Source: Obrimoposthia wandeli
Taxonomy: Eukaryota
Direction: 5' to 3'
Assembly (NCBI GenBank): GCA_977020255.1
Contig: CDROCS010003797.1
Location: 1 to 64,000 of the forward strand
DNA: 64,000 bases
The notes beneath the pieces were generated by a model that searched no databases, was not told the DNA's origin, and was given only the letters and a program-made list of their open reading frames with translations. Shown here piece by piece: positions 45,201 through 54,237 of this stretch. Each line of letters starts with the position of its first letter. Position 1 is the first letter of the stretch. Made by a program: the position numbers and the translations under genes.

Positions 45201-45593
45201 AAATGAATCAATGCGACCAATACCGGTAATGTTACCACTCATAATACGATTGCTTGTGCTTAAATTTTCTCGGGCTTTATTAAGATAAAAATATTGACCA
45301 TCTTGCTGTAATGACGGTAATACACTGGGGAGTTCGTCAGGAAAACGTAAGTAGTACTGTGCCAAATTTCGCATGCCAATAAGTGTTTCTACCGTACTGG
45401 TTAATTTATTATTAAGCTGTGTACTATAGCTGCTAACTTCCGCGAGTTTAGCTTCATCATGGAGTTGGCGGGCAAAATGATAATTATAAAAAGTCAGTAT
45501 AAAAGTCAACAACATAATGCCAGAAAAAACGATCATGACTGATTTGTTGTAGCGGTGAAAAAGTTGCTCTTTTGAATTTTTTTCGAACACCAA
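42276..45593 (-). CDS. Hybrid sensor histidine kinase (Cache-like, PAS, HisKA, HATPase, REC)
   Basis: FLANMSHEIRTP, QVLSNLLNNAIKFT, DTGIGI, GGTGLGL; C-terminal ILLVEDN...ILMDIQMP...KP. Confidence 0.95.
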   Translation of the reverse strand: MVFEKNSKEQLFHRYNKSVMIVFSGIMLLTFILTFYNYHFARQLHDEAKLAEVSSYSTQLNNKLTSTVETLIGMRNLAQYYLRFPDELPSVLPSLQQDGQYFYLNKARENLSTSNRIMSGNITGIGRIDSFDQSLKHELIMAHALTPAFVTAEESIKEANWLYYISMRRFVNLYPWVAKSIWQYSDQSLTNDLMLKIKTSKAANEQFWSRPYVDSAGKGLNTALGMGVYLDNEMKGALLIDINTAGLSHYLPKVSEEGRGYIIVDKHSHVLLHKNRANLTLNAQTAFSDAAPSQLSQFSYQSLLELNASAEVGDLIVQKVKLPINDWILLEYNEKNNFYSKINQRFITIFASIFFGLLSLLVVVYFVTYRSFIAPSKKFISHIENCSAGDPGKIKPSDEWRHWFKIVEDLFGQNRSLMQRLRDQNNELDLRVKEKTQALFHKSEQHQRDYALLRSVMDAIPDYILFNDQQGRLIGCNQAVERLVLQKEVDILGCQISDFIATDLGEKVAQSLGRYQADNIPKAHQQTVSTENNTYEIYKAPFYGDDSALLGSIVLIRDVTQQFEINQALQRAKNQAEEANQIKSQFLANMSHEIRTPINAIQGMFFLLQQSRLNKVQEQYLANAETASTTLLYLVNELLDSAKVESGNMSVHKELIDLDSIVSQALNLNLAALAGKDLNLSVAIDSRVPLQIQTDTMRLVQVLSNLLNNAIKFTERGKVQLSVSLSRHVTKPSDVDDVAILFKVKDTGIGIEKAKQSGLFEAFKQADESMTRVYGGTGLGLSICQHIAQLLGGEISIESELGQGAEFILALPIDITDISCKDLDYSDYCLTKYQPTFNFNAMINLGVDLPNKLLENFKDIGQEFINIEEVTQLKALNEHEKTVLFVDSSQYPKGFSEDELQTLKPHITVLALCQPIGSVISSELLAQLTRHKINYLLLEMPLYRQVIVKLAKELVRVSSQGVIAVDGPEPDLAVPAAVNLAGFKILLVEDNLVNQLVAIKLLESMQAQVIVANNGQEALDKLPLEHIDIILMDIQMPIMDGLTATKHIRAQQQFEALPIIAMTAHAREEDKQQCLAAGMDLHIAKPISLKVLRESILSQLDVDTK

Positions 45594-45713
45594 GAAGCCC
45601 TACTAATACTGGTTAACATGTAAACATAAAGTGATTGAGTGATAATTTATCATCAATTTAGGTTTAATTTTATAACTTAATATTAAATCAAAGTCGCAAC
45701 AGAGGATAGTATT

Positions 45714-45758
45714 GAAAAAGTTAACGGTGATCCCCTAAAAAATATAGCTCACCGTAAC
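45714..45758 (-). terminator. Probable terminator after the PhoH-like gene
   Basis: GTTACGGTGA/TCACCGTTAAC stem followed by a T5 run on the minus strand. Confidence 0.45.
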
Positions 45759-45779
45759 ATTACTTTTTCATAAGTTATC

Positions 45780-47189
45780 TTATAAATTTTCTTCAGCAAA
45801 TGATGCCAACCGGCTACGTACTACGCCGTTTAAGTTGATAGTACTACTGCCAGAAAAGTCTTTAAAACGTTCAACAATATAAGTTAATCCTGAAGTAACC
45901 GCGGTTAAATAATTGCTATCAATTTGTGCCAAATTACCTGAACAAACCAACTTAGTACCTTCACCACAGCGAGTAATAATCGTCTTTAATTGTGAAGCGG
46001 TTAGGTTTTGGCATTCATCGAGTAACACTAAAGAGTTCTGGATGCTGCGGCCACGCATAAAGTTAACCGACTTAAACTGGATATTGGCTTTCTCCATAAT
46101 GTAATTAAGACTGCCATTCATATTCTCGTCTTGCTTGTGCAGCACTTCTAACGAGTCAGTTATTGCCGCTAGCCAAGGCGCCATTTTTTCTTCTTCGGTC
46201 CCCGGTAGAAAACCTATTGATTCTGCTATTTCAGGCGTACTTCGGGTGACAATAATTTTGTCATAAAGTCCTCGTTCTATGACTTGTTCTAACGCAGTAG
46301 CTAGCGCTAACAAAGTTTTACCGCAGCCTGCAGGTCCTGTCAAAATGACTAAATCAATGGTTGGATCAAGAAGGGCATCCATCGCCATACCTTGATAAAT
46401 GTTTTTTGGATGAATACCCCAAGCCTGTTTCGCCATTAAACGATCACGACTCAAGTCTGTTATTGCCAAGTGATCATTATCCCAGCCAGTCACCTTAGCA
46501 GCAAAATTTTCGCCTTCGTCAATTAAGTATTCATTCATGTAGCGGTTAGGTAAAACATCACGTTTAATATAATGAGTAGTATTACGCCCTTGCGTTTCAC
46601 TTTCACACTTATCAACATGCTGCCAGAAATCACCTGAAAACTGATGATATCCTTTAGTGAGAAATTTAATATCGTCAATTAATTGATCGGTTCGGTAGTC
46701 TTCAACAAAAGCAAGGCCTGCCCCTTTGGCTTTTAAACGCATATTAATATCTTTAGTCACTAGTACTACTTTATTTCCAGGATTTTTAGACTGCAAATAA
46801 ATAGCACAGCTAATAATGCGATTATCATTTTCATTGAACGATAATTTAACTTTATTTTCTTCTAAGGCGTAATCATTAAAAATAGACAGACAACCACTCG
46901 CATGTAATTCATTACTTTGGGGTAATTGAACCCCGGCAAGTACTTGTTCAGGTGAGGCATTAACAAGAATATCTTCAAGCGCTCTGATCGCTACTCGCGC
47001 ATCACGGCTGACATCTTTCTGGCGATCTTTTATAGAGTCTAGTTCTTCTAGTACCGTCATAGGTACAACAACATCATGCTCTTTGAATGAGAGGAAAGCG
47101 AATGGTTCGTGAAGTAATATATTGGTATCTAAAACATAAATAATTTTTTCTGCTGTCATATGAAAGTCCTTTACCAAGTGAAGGTCCAC
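45780..47189 (-). CDS. PIN-PhoH family protein
   Basis: YVLDTNILLHEP (PIN), NDNRII, GPAGCGKT, RGRSI, LDECQN. Confidence 0.93.
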   Translation of the reverse strand: MDLHLVKDFHMTAEKIIYVLDTNILLHEPFAFLSFKEHDVVVPMTVLEELDSIKDRQKDVSRDARVAIRALEDILVNASPEQVLAGVQLPQSNELHASGCLSIFNDYALEENKVKLSFNENDNRIISCAIYLQSKNPGNKVVLVTKDINMRLKAKGAGLAFVEDYRTDQLIDDIKFLTKGYHQFSGDFWQHVDKCESETQGRNTTHYIKRDVLPNRYMNEYLIDEGENFAAKVTGWDNDHLAITDLSRDRLMAKQAWGIHPKNIYQGMAMDALLDPTIDLVILTGPAGCGKTLLALATALEQVIERGLYDKIIVTRSTPEIAESIGFLPGTEEEKMAPWLAAITDSLEVLHKQDENMNGSLNYIMEKANIQFKSVNFMRGRSIQNSLVLLDECQNLTASQLKTIITRCGEGTKLVCSGNLAQIDSNYLTAVTSGLTYIVERFKDFSGSSTINLNGVVRSRLASFAEENL

Positions 47190-47739
47190 AGCATTTTTTG
47201 TTATAGAATGCTGCTAGAAACCACAAAAAGTTGATAATTCATCTAACCAAAAACAATTTAATAACCTGTTTATTTTTATCGTTATTTTACGACGATAAAA
47301 TAGCTCAACGACTAAGCTTATTGCTACTTTGATAGCTTTACTTTCGGTAAGCAAGTCGCTCTATTAAAGAGTATAGCTACAATAAAACACTTTTTTTACA
47401 CTTTAATGACAGCAGACAGCTAAGAGGTAAGATATTACTCGCAATGCTAGCTTAAGCTTTCAGTACTTCAGCGTAATGAGTTCAAGGACTAAAAATTATA
47501 AATAGCTGATAATTAACCCCATTAAATGTAGTAAAGGATTTTGACTTTAACTTCGGCTCAGCACTAACAGAAGCGTTAATGGTCGTGATTGCCAACGTAA
47601 AGTTCAATTCTGTAACTTTTACTCAAAAAAAGTGCCCTTTTCCAGATTTTTTTAATGATCGCTTCTATGATTAACGATACTATAGCGCCCTTTTTTTAGC
47701 GTGTATTTATTACACGAGTGATGAGTTGGAGTTTTTTCT

Positions 47740-50658
47740 ATGACATTTTACCCTGGACAACGCTGGATTAGTGATAGTGAGTCAGATCAAGGGCTAGGTA
47801 CCGTTACCGCAGTCGAAGGTCGTTTTGTAACTATCGTATTTACGGCCACAGGGGATGCAAGACAATACGCCATAGACAATGCACCACTAACCCGCGTGAT
47901 GTTTAACACCGGCGATAGCATTCCAAGCCATGAAGGTTGGTCACTTACTGTGGAGTCTTTCGAAGAAAATGCTAATTTATTGACTTACTTTGGTGTTCGA
48001 CAAGATACCGGAGAAGCGACTTCACTAAAAGAAATGATGATTGATCATTTCATTAAATTTAATAAGCCTCATGATCGTCTGTTAAATGGCCAAATTGATC
48101 GTCTAGATTGGTTCCGTTTACGCAAAGATTGTTTACATCACCAATTTAGCCAACAACAGTCTGACTTAATGGGTCTTAGTGGTGGTCGCGTTAGCTTGAT
48201 CCCACATCAATTATATATCGCTGAAGAAGTGGGTAGCCGCTTTGCGCCACGTGTTTTACTCGCTGATGAAGTTGGTTTAGGTAAAACGATTGAAGCCGGT
48301 TTAATTATTCATCAACAATTAGTAACAGGTCGCGCCAAACGCGTACTGATCATAGTGCCAGAGTCATTAATGCACCAATGGTTGGTAGAAATGTTACGCC
48401 GCTTTAACTTACCCTTTAGTATCTTCGATGAAAGTCGTTGTGAAGAAACCGCGAGTAACGACGACGAAGAGAGTGAAAACCCTTTCAGCACTGAACAACT
48501 CGTATTGGTTAATCTTGGTTTTATTACTAAAAATCCACGCTGGTATGAAGCGCTTATCGAAGAAGAATGGGACTTAATGGTGGTTGATGAAGCCCATCAT
48601 CTAAGTTGGCAACAAGACAACGCTAGTGTTGAATACCAATGTATTGAGCAGCTAGCGCAAACCATTCCAGGCGTATTGCTATTAACAGCAACACCGGATC
48701 AATTAGGCCATGAAGGTCACTTTGCCCGTTTACGCTTACTGGATCCTGACCGTTTCTTCGATTATCAAAAGTTTACCGAAGAAGAACAGCATTACACTGA
48801 AGTTGCAGATGCTGCCAATACCTTAGTTACTGATGCGCCTTTAGCTGACGAACAAGTAGCCACGTTAACTACATTGTTAAAAGAAGCTGACGTTAGCACG
48901 CATATTGCGGCAATTAATCATTCAGTGCCTAAGCAACAACAAAATGCTCGCCAGCACATTCTTGATCAATTACTCGATCGTCACGGTACAGGTCGTATCT
49001 TGTTCCGTAATAGTCGCAATACCATTAAAGGCTTCCCAGGTCGTGAGTTACACGCTGCACCACTTGCTATGCCAGAAGCGTATCAAGAGTCGATCAATGA
49101 ACTGTTGTTATCAGGTACTGCTGAGGACTTAAAGTCGCAAGCACAAGCGAAGTTTATCTTCTCTCCAGAAACATTGTTTAGCCTAGACAGTCACGAAGAT
49201 TGGTATAATATTGACCCGCGTGTTGAATATTTAATAGAGCTATTACAATCACTTAAGAAAGAGAAAGTACTTGTTATTTGTGCTCATGCGCAAACAGCAA
49301 TCGACTTAGAAACTGCACTTCGTGTTAAAGAAGGTATGCGTGCTGCGGTATTCCACGAAGGTTTAAGTATTTTTGAACGTGATCGCGCTGCGGCCTACTT
49401 CGCGCAAGATGAAGATAGCGCCCAAGTATTGCTATGTTCTGAAATAGGTAGTGAAGGTCGTAACTTCCAATTCGCTCATCATTTAGTATTATTTGATTTA
49501 CCACGTAACCCTGATTTACTTGAACAGCGCATTGGCCGTTTAGACCGAATTGGTCAAACTGAGGTTATTCGTATTCATGTGCCTTATTTTGAAGACTCAG
49601 CGCAAAGCTTGTTATTTAAATGGTATAAGCAGGCTTTAAATGCCTTCGAGCAAACTTGTATTACCGGCCACGCTGTTTTTCAAGCCTTTGGCGACACCTT
49701 GTTTGACCTTGCACTTAGCGCGAGTTGGGATTCTAACGAGGCAGAGCAACTGATCAAGCAAAGTCATGAAAAACACCTGACGATCAAGCAAGATTTGGAA
49801 AATGGTCGCGATAAGTTATTAGAATTACACTCTTCTGGCCAAGGTAAAGCCCATGCTTTAGTTGAGAAAATAGAGCAATTAGATCAGCAAATTCATCTGC
49901 CACAGTTTATGTTTCAATTGTTAGACGTTTTTGGCATTCAACAAGATGATAAAGCTGATAATGCCATTGCACTACAACCTTCTGAGCACATGCTGTGTGC
50001 AAACTTTCCTTGCTTACCAGAAGACGGCGCAACCATTACCTTTAATCGTCAAACCGCTTTGGCTGTTGAAAACTACCAACTGATCACTTGGGACCACCCA
50101 ATGGTGCGTGGCGCTATGGATTTGGTTTTATCTGATGAAACGGGTAACTCAAGTATTGGTTTATTGAAAAATCCAGCATTACCTGCCGGCACATTCTTCT
50201 TAGAGTGCATATTTACCTTAGAAGCGATTGCGCCAAGTAACTTACAATTAGGCCGTTATTTACCGACGACCCCAATTCGTATTTTAGTTGACAAGAATGG
50301 CAACGACTTAGCTGATAAAGTCAGTGAAAAAGTATTAGACCAGCAGTTGTCTCCAGTTAAAAAGCAAGTGGCGTTACAATTAGTTAAGGCACTTAAAAGC
50401 CAAGTTACCCCTTTAGTTACTAAAGCGGAAACTCATGCTGAGCAGCAGGTTAGTAAAATCCAAGCAAAAGCATTAGCCAGCATGCAAGTTGCCATGGACG
50501 AAGAACATCAGCGTTTAACGGCATTAAAAGCCATAAACCCGAGTGTTCGCCAGCAGGAGCTTGACTTTATTTTGATGCAAAAAAATGCCTTAGCAGAATA
50601 CATCGAAAAAGCACAAATTAAGTTTGAAGCCGTAAGACTTATTGTTGTTAGCAACTAG
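47740..50658 (+). CDS. rapA: RNA polymerase-associated SWI2/SNF2 ATPase
   Basis: GQRWISD, LADEVGLGKTIE, VDEAHH, LLTATP, EQRIGRLDRIGQ. Confidence 0.97.
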   Translation: MTFYPGQRWISDSESDQGLGTVTAVEGRFVTIVFTATGDARQYAIDNAPLTRVMFNTGDSIPSHEGWSLTVESFEENANLLTYFGVRQDTGEATSLKEMMIDHFIKFNKPHDRLLNGQIDRLDWFRLRKDCLHHQFSQQQSDLMGLSGGRVSLIPHQLYIAEEVGSRFAPRVLLADEVGLGKTIEAGLIIHQQLVTGRAKRVLIIVPESLMHQWLVEMLRRFNLPFSIFDESRCEETASNDDEESENPFSTEQLVLVNLGFITKNPRWYEALIEEEWDLMVVDEAHHLSWQQDNASVEYQCIEQLAQTIPGVLLLTATPDQLGHEGHFARLRLLDPDRFFDYQKFTEEEQHYTEVADAANTLVTDAPLADEQVATLTTLLKEADVSTHIAAINHSVPKQQQNARQHILDQLLDRHGTGRILFRNSRNTIKGFPGRELHAAPLAMPEAYQESINELLLSGTAEDLKSQAQAKFIFSPETLFSLDSHEDWYNIDPRVEYLIELLQSLKKEKVLVICAHAQTAIDLETALRVKEGMRAAVFHEGLSIFERDRAAAYFAQDEDSAQVLLCSEIGSEGRNFQFAHHLVLFDLPRNPDLLEQRIGRLDRIGQTEVIRIHVPYFEDSAQSLLFKWYKQALNAFEQTCITGHAVFQAFGDTLFDLALSASWDSNEAEQLIKQSHEKHLTIKQDLENGRDKLLELHSSGQGKAHALVEKIEQLDQQIHLPQFMFQLLDVFGIQQDDKADNAIALQPSEHMLCANFPCLPEDGATITFNRQTALAVENYQLITWDHPMVRGAMDLVLSDETGNSSIGLLKNPALPAGTFFLECIFTLEAIAPSNLQLGRYLPTTPIRILVDKNGNDLADKVSEKVLDQQLSPVKKQVALQLVKALKSQVTPLVTKAETHAEQQVSKIQAKALASMQVAMDEEHQRLTALKAINPSVRQQELDFILMQKNALAEYIEKAQIKFEAVRLIVVSN

Positions 50659-50690
50659 TTTATTGCTCACTCAAGCATAATGATAAAACT

Positions 50691-50726
50691 AACAAGGCTA
50701 CACCTAGGTGTAGCCTTGTTTTTTTC
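50691..50726 (+). terminator. Perfect 30-bp palindrome plus T run between rapA and rluA
   Basis: AACAAGGCTACACCT|AGGTGTAGCCTTGTT followed by TTTTT. Confidence 0.75.
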
Positions 50727-50788
50727 TCAACGCTTATTTTTTATCTCTTATCTATTCGTATCGTTAACCCGCCTTAAGGAAAAATAAT

Positions 50789-51472
50789 ATGGCTGCCAAT
50801 CCTGACTTTATTTATCAGCCTCCCATGAGCCCTTATCTTGATATTGTTTATCAAGACAACGACCTAGTTGTACTAAATAAGCCGAGTGCCTTACTAACCG
50901 TACCGGGCCGCTTACCTGAACATCAAGATTGTTTACAAAATAGAGTCCTTAAAGTACTGCCAACAGCCACTATTGTTCATCGTTTGGACATGGCAACATC
51001 GGGCATTATTATCATGGCACTGAATAAACCTGCACATGTTGCCATTAGCCGTCAGTTTGAAAAACGCTTAACACAAAAATGCTACATTGCTCGGGTGTTT
51101 GGCAAGGTTGAACATGCGACCGGCTCGGTCGATCAACCGTTAATTTGCGACTGGCCAAATCGACCAAAGCAAAAAATAGATTTTGAACAAGGCAAAGCCT
51201 CATTAACCCACTATAAAGTACTCAGTTACCGCGAGAGCACTGATGGTGACACAACAACGCTAGTTGAGCTTACACCGGTTACGGGGCGCTCTCATCAGCT
51301 ACGTGTGCACATGTTGTCACTGGGCCACCCAATACTCGGCGATCGACTTTACGCTCATGAACAAGCGTTAGCCATGAGTAAACGTTTGCAATTACACGCA
51401 AAAATGCTACAAGTAAGTCATCCTGTTTCAGGTGAAACCTTAACATTTTCAAAAGCATGTCCTTTTGACTAA
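50789..51472 (+). CDS. rluA: RluA pseudouridine synthase
   Basis: VHRLDMATSG, PVTGRSHQLRVH, PILGDRLY; follows rapA. Confidence 0.95.
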   Translation: MAANPDFIYQPPMSPYLDIVYQDNDLVVLNKPSALLTVPGRLPEHQDCLQNRVLKVLPTATIVHRLDMATSGIIIMALNKPAHVAISRQFEKRLTQKCYIARVFGKVEHATGSVDQPLICDWPNRPKQKIDFEQGKASLTHYKVLSYRESTDGDTTTLVELTPVTGRSHQLRVHMLSLGHPILGDRLYAHEQALAMSKRLQLHAKMLQVSHPVSGETLTFSKACPFD

Positions 51473-51683
51473 TAGTAAATGTAAGCTTATATTGAGAGAG
51501 CTTTGGTGCAGCATGTCAGTTATATAGCCGATTATAAGGTCGGTTATCAGTTATATGGTTAGTTATATTGGCAATGATATTGTTTGTTATATTAGTCACT
51601 ATGTTGTTAATAAATTAGCAACAGCCTGCTACCCTCACTAGAGTCAATAACGGCTCAGTTACCGGCTCAAGGAAAAGTTTTTT

Positions 51684-52643
51684 ATGCGCTTGAACACTTC
51701 CCCAATCATATTGTTTTTCAGCTTAGCCTTATTAAGTCTGTGCATGACTAGCAGCTATTCATTCGCATTTTCTGCATCGCCAGAAGAAGAAAAAGAAAAA
51801 ACGACCAGTACCGAAAAAAAAGAGAGCGAAGATACAGAAAAGAAAACAGATAACGTTCAGAAAATTAACGTAGTCAAAAAAATTGATATTGCCGCACCTA
51901 TTGATACCTTCAAGCAACAACAAGAGGATATCGAGCACTATTTAACGCAAGAAAAAATCGTCCCATTGCTTGTTGGCCCAGACAGTTATCTCACCGCTAT
52001 TAATGAAAGCATCACAGGGGTCAACAAAGGCGTCATGGTATTAATACCCGACTGGCAACAGAGCATAGCAACACCAAACGCCCTGAATCAGCTACGAGAA
52101 AATATGCCACAGCACGGTTGGACAACCATCACTTTACACCCTCCTCACCAGCCAAGTGATTACCCGTCACAAGCATTAACCAGTGAAGACCGTCAGAAAC
52201 AAAACACAGAAAGCTTAACAAAATACAGCAAAAACCTTGCTGATATTATGCTGGCCGTTATTGAAAAAGCAAAAAACTACCCTGGCGTTATTATTGTAGT
52301 TGCCGAGGGTAGCCATGCGGCACTGATAGTCGATATATGCCAACAAGGCTTGGTAAGTTCGCCCAGCGCCATGGTAATGCTCAGCAGTTATATGCCAACC
52401 ATGCCAGAAAGCACTAAACTAGCTCAACAGCTGGCCGCAACCGACTACCCTATCTTCGACTTGTACCTTCAACACGATCATTACTTAGTACTGGCCAACA
52501 CCCAAGCTAGAAAAAACGCCGCAACAAAAGAAATGAAAGCCTATTATCGACAAAAGCAGCTAAATAATCGCACCACGGGTTATTACCCAGAAACAACATT
52601 AACAAGAGAAGTTTTAGGTTGGTTGAGTTCTATTGGTTGGTAA
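51684..52643 (+). CDS. DUF3530-like exported alpha/beta-fold protein
   Basis: Signal peptide; GVMVLIPDW, LRENMPQHGWTTI, YRQKQL. Confidence 0.65.
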   Translation: MRLNTSPIILFFSLALLSLCMTSSYSFAFSASPEEEKEKTTSTEKKESEDTEKKTDNVQKINVVKKIDIAAPIDTFKQQQEDIEHYLTQEKIVPLLVGPDSYLTAINESITGVNKGVMVLIPDWQQSIATPNALNQLRENMPQHGWTTITLHPPHQPSDYPSQALTSEDRQKQNTESLTKYSKNLADIMLAVIEKAKNYPGVIIVVAEGSHAALIVDICQQGLVSSPSAMVMLSSYMPTMPESTKLAQQLAATDYPIFDLYLQHDHYLVLANTQARKNAATKEMKAYYRQKQLNNRTTGYYPETTLTREVLGWLSSIGW

Positions 52644-53037
52644 GCAGGGCTAGTTATCAGCGGTAAGCGGTAAGTGTTTGGTACTTTTGACATAGTTTTT
52701 TTGCAAAATATGGCTTTATACATAACTGAATTCAACTAGATAATAGGGCATGGCACGTTATGTCATTTCTAAATAGCACAAAAGTTTTAAAAACCATTAA
52801 AGCATTGTTTTATAAGATATATAACCCATCCCCATCGTATCTAATGTGCCATACGATGGCTCACATACCTCAATGCTCACTTTCTACAATCAGTGTGATG
52901 TTTAAAAAGGCAAATGATTACTATTAACGTGCTAATATTATTAATAAAAAACCGTATTGTGTTGCATTTTATTTTGTATTAAATTGAAATACGCATTAAT
53001 ACACTGTTAGGGCTATAGCTCAATTTCTGGAGATACC

Positions 53038-53577
53038 ATGGATAATAGAGACGAGTTAATACGTTTTACTAAAAAAGGGATCGGATTTCCTTTTGCTGGA
53101 TTAATCGTTATGTGCTTTTGTGCTGTCGCTGTAAGCTTTCTACCGCAAAGACAGGCTTTGATGATGGTTATTTTTGCTACGGGCAGTACATTTCCAATAG
53201 CTTTTTTTATTTCAAAAATATTTGATGTTAACCCATTCGCCAAATTTCCACCGTTATCAAGTTTAGGAACGGTTTTGGCGTGTGCTCAATTCTTATATTG
53301 GCCAGTACTAATTTTAGTATTTTCATTAGCACCAAATTGGTTTCCTACTGTATTGGCTATTCTTTTTGGTTCTCATTTTATTCCTTTTGGTTGGCTATAT
53401 AAAAGCAATGCCTATTACTTTTTGGGTATTGCTATGCCTTTAACTGGATGCCTAATGGCTTTCTGGGGTAGCGAGTTTTCTTATACTTTTACATTTTTAG
53501 CACTCATTCCATTATATTTTATTACTTGTTTACTTCTGCTAAAAGAAAATACAACAACTAATCAAGCGGTAATATAA
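53038..53577 (+). CDS. Multi-pass membrane protein (DUF7010-like)
   Basis: About six TM helices; GSHFIPFGWLYKSNAYY motif. Confidence 0.6.
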   Translation: MDNRDELIRFTKKGIGFPFAGLIVMCFCAVAVSFLPQRQALMMVIFATGSTFPIAFFISKIFDVNPFAKFPPLSSLGTVLACAQFLYWPVLILVFSLAPNWFPTVLAILFGSHFIPFGWLYKSNAYYFLGIAMPLTGCLMAFWGSEFSYTFTFLALIPLYFITCLLLLKENTTTNQAVI

Positions 53578-53583
53578 CTCTCA

Positions 53584-53800
53584 ATCGGGTAGCAGGAGGT
53601 TTCTCCCCTCCAGCCCCACACCACACTGCATGCGGCTCCGCACAGGGCGGTTCATTAACCATGGTGGATTTTAATCCAGATATCCCTAAGTGACACTAAA
53701 CTTGCATTAGCTAAATACTCGTTGCTTAATGCCAAATTTATTCCTTTGGTTTTCGCACTTCGCCATCCCCCTTTTCTTGTCGCTCCACAGCTCAATGCTA
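53584..53800 (-). mobile_element. Group IIC intron 3' remnant (IEP C-terminus, domain V, domain VI)
   Basis: Minus strand 53798-53655 encodes ALSCGATRKGGWRSAKTKGINLALSNEYLANASLVSLRDIWIKIHHG*, then GAACCGCCCTGTGCGGAGCCGCATGCAGTGTGGTGTG (D5) and GGGGCTGGAGGGGAGAAACCTCCTGCTACCCGAT (D6, bulged A, AT 3' end). Confidence 0.88.
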
Positions 53801-53842
53801 GAATAAAAAGGGTCAGTAATAAAAAGAATAAAAAGGGTCAGT
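53801..53842 (+). repeat. 17-bp direct repeat at the intron breakpoint
   Basis: GAATAAAAAGGGTCAGT at 53801-53817 and 53826-53842. Confidence 0.85.
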
Positions 53843-53850
53843 GCCGTTTT

Positions 53851-53925
53851 AAGTATATTAGAAAAACAACGAATAAAGGCTTAGTCTTAGAAAGTGAGAT
53901 GTTTCAGCTAAAGTCCATGCCTTAA
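53851..53925 (+). pseudogene. Possible fragment of a REP-associated (Y1) tyrosine transposase
   Basis: KYIRKTTNKGLVLESEMFQLK resembles the IRxATNKGxxLGxERF C-terminal motif recalled from such transposases; very short. Confidence 0.3.
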
Positions 53926-54081
53926 GTGGTAGATATGTAGTTAAAGCATAATTAACAGGACATCTATCTTAACTTCAAACGACGACAGAACTTAAGTCAT
54001 TGTAATAAGCTGTTTGCGTAAAGGTAATTAGCCAAAAATAAAGCCAATAAGTGTCACATCCAAAACGTAGCTTTAAAAAGC

Positions 54082-54178
54082 ACGTTTTAGACACAACTGA
54101 GTAAAATTCTAGGTTACAATATTAAGCGTAGTGAATGGTGCTCACACTTTTATTAAGCTTGACGTTTTTCTGTTAAAT
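54082..54178 (+). repeat. Diverged ~98-bp direct repeat, copy A
   Basis: 19-bp exact core ACGTTTTAGACACAACTGA plus a downstream 55-nt ungapped block 38/55 identical to 59732-59786. Confidence 0.75.
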
Positions 54179-54237
54179 GAAGTGATATTTCATTTAACAT
54201 TAGTGTGCTAGTTAACCCCTAATTAACCCATTAACGG

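Noticed and set aside
47190-47739. 550-bp phoH-rapA intergenic region as an sRNA locus
   Set aside because: Only short hairpins; no clear promoter-terminator pair or known motif.
52700-52860. dif-like TTATGTATAAA (minus strand), TGGCAC sigma54-like boxes and the CCATCGTAT/ATACGATGG inverted repeat
   Set aside because: No XerC arm at the right spacing and no TTGC -12 element; the 9-bp IR alone is not diagnostic.
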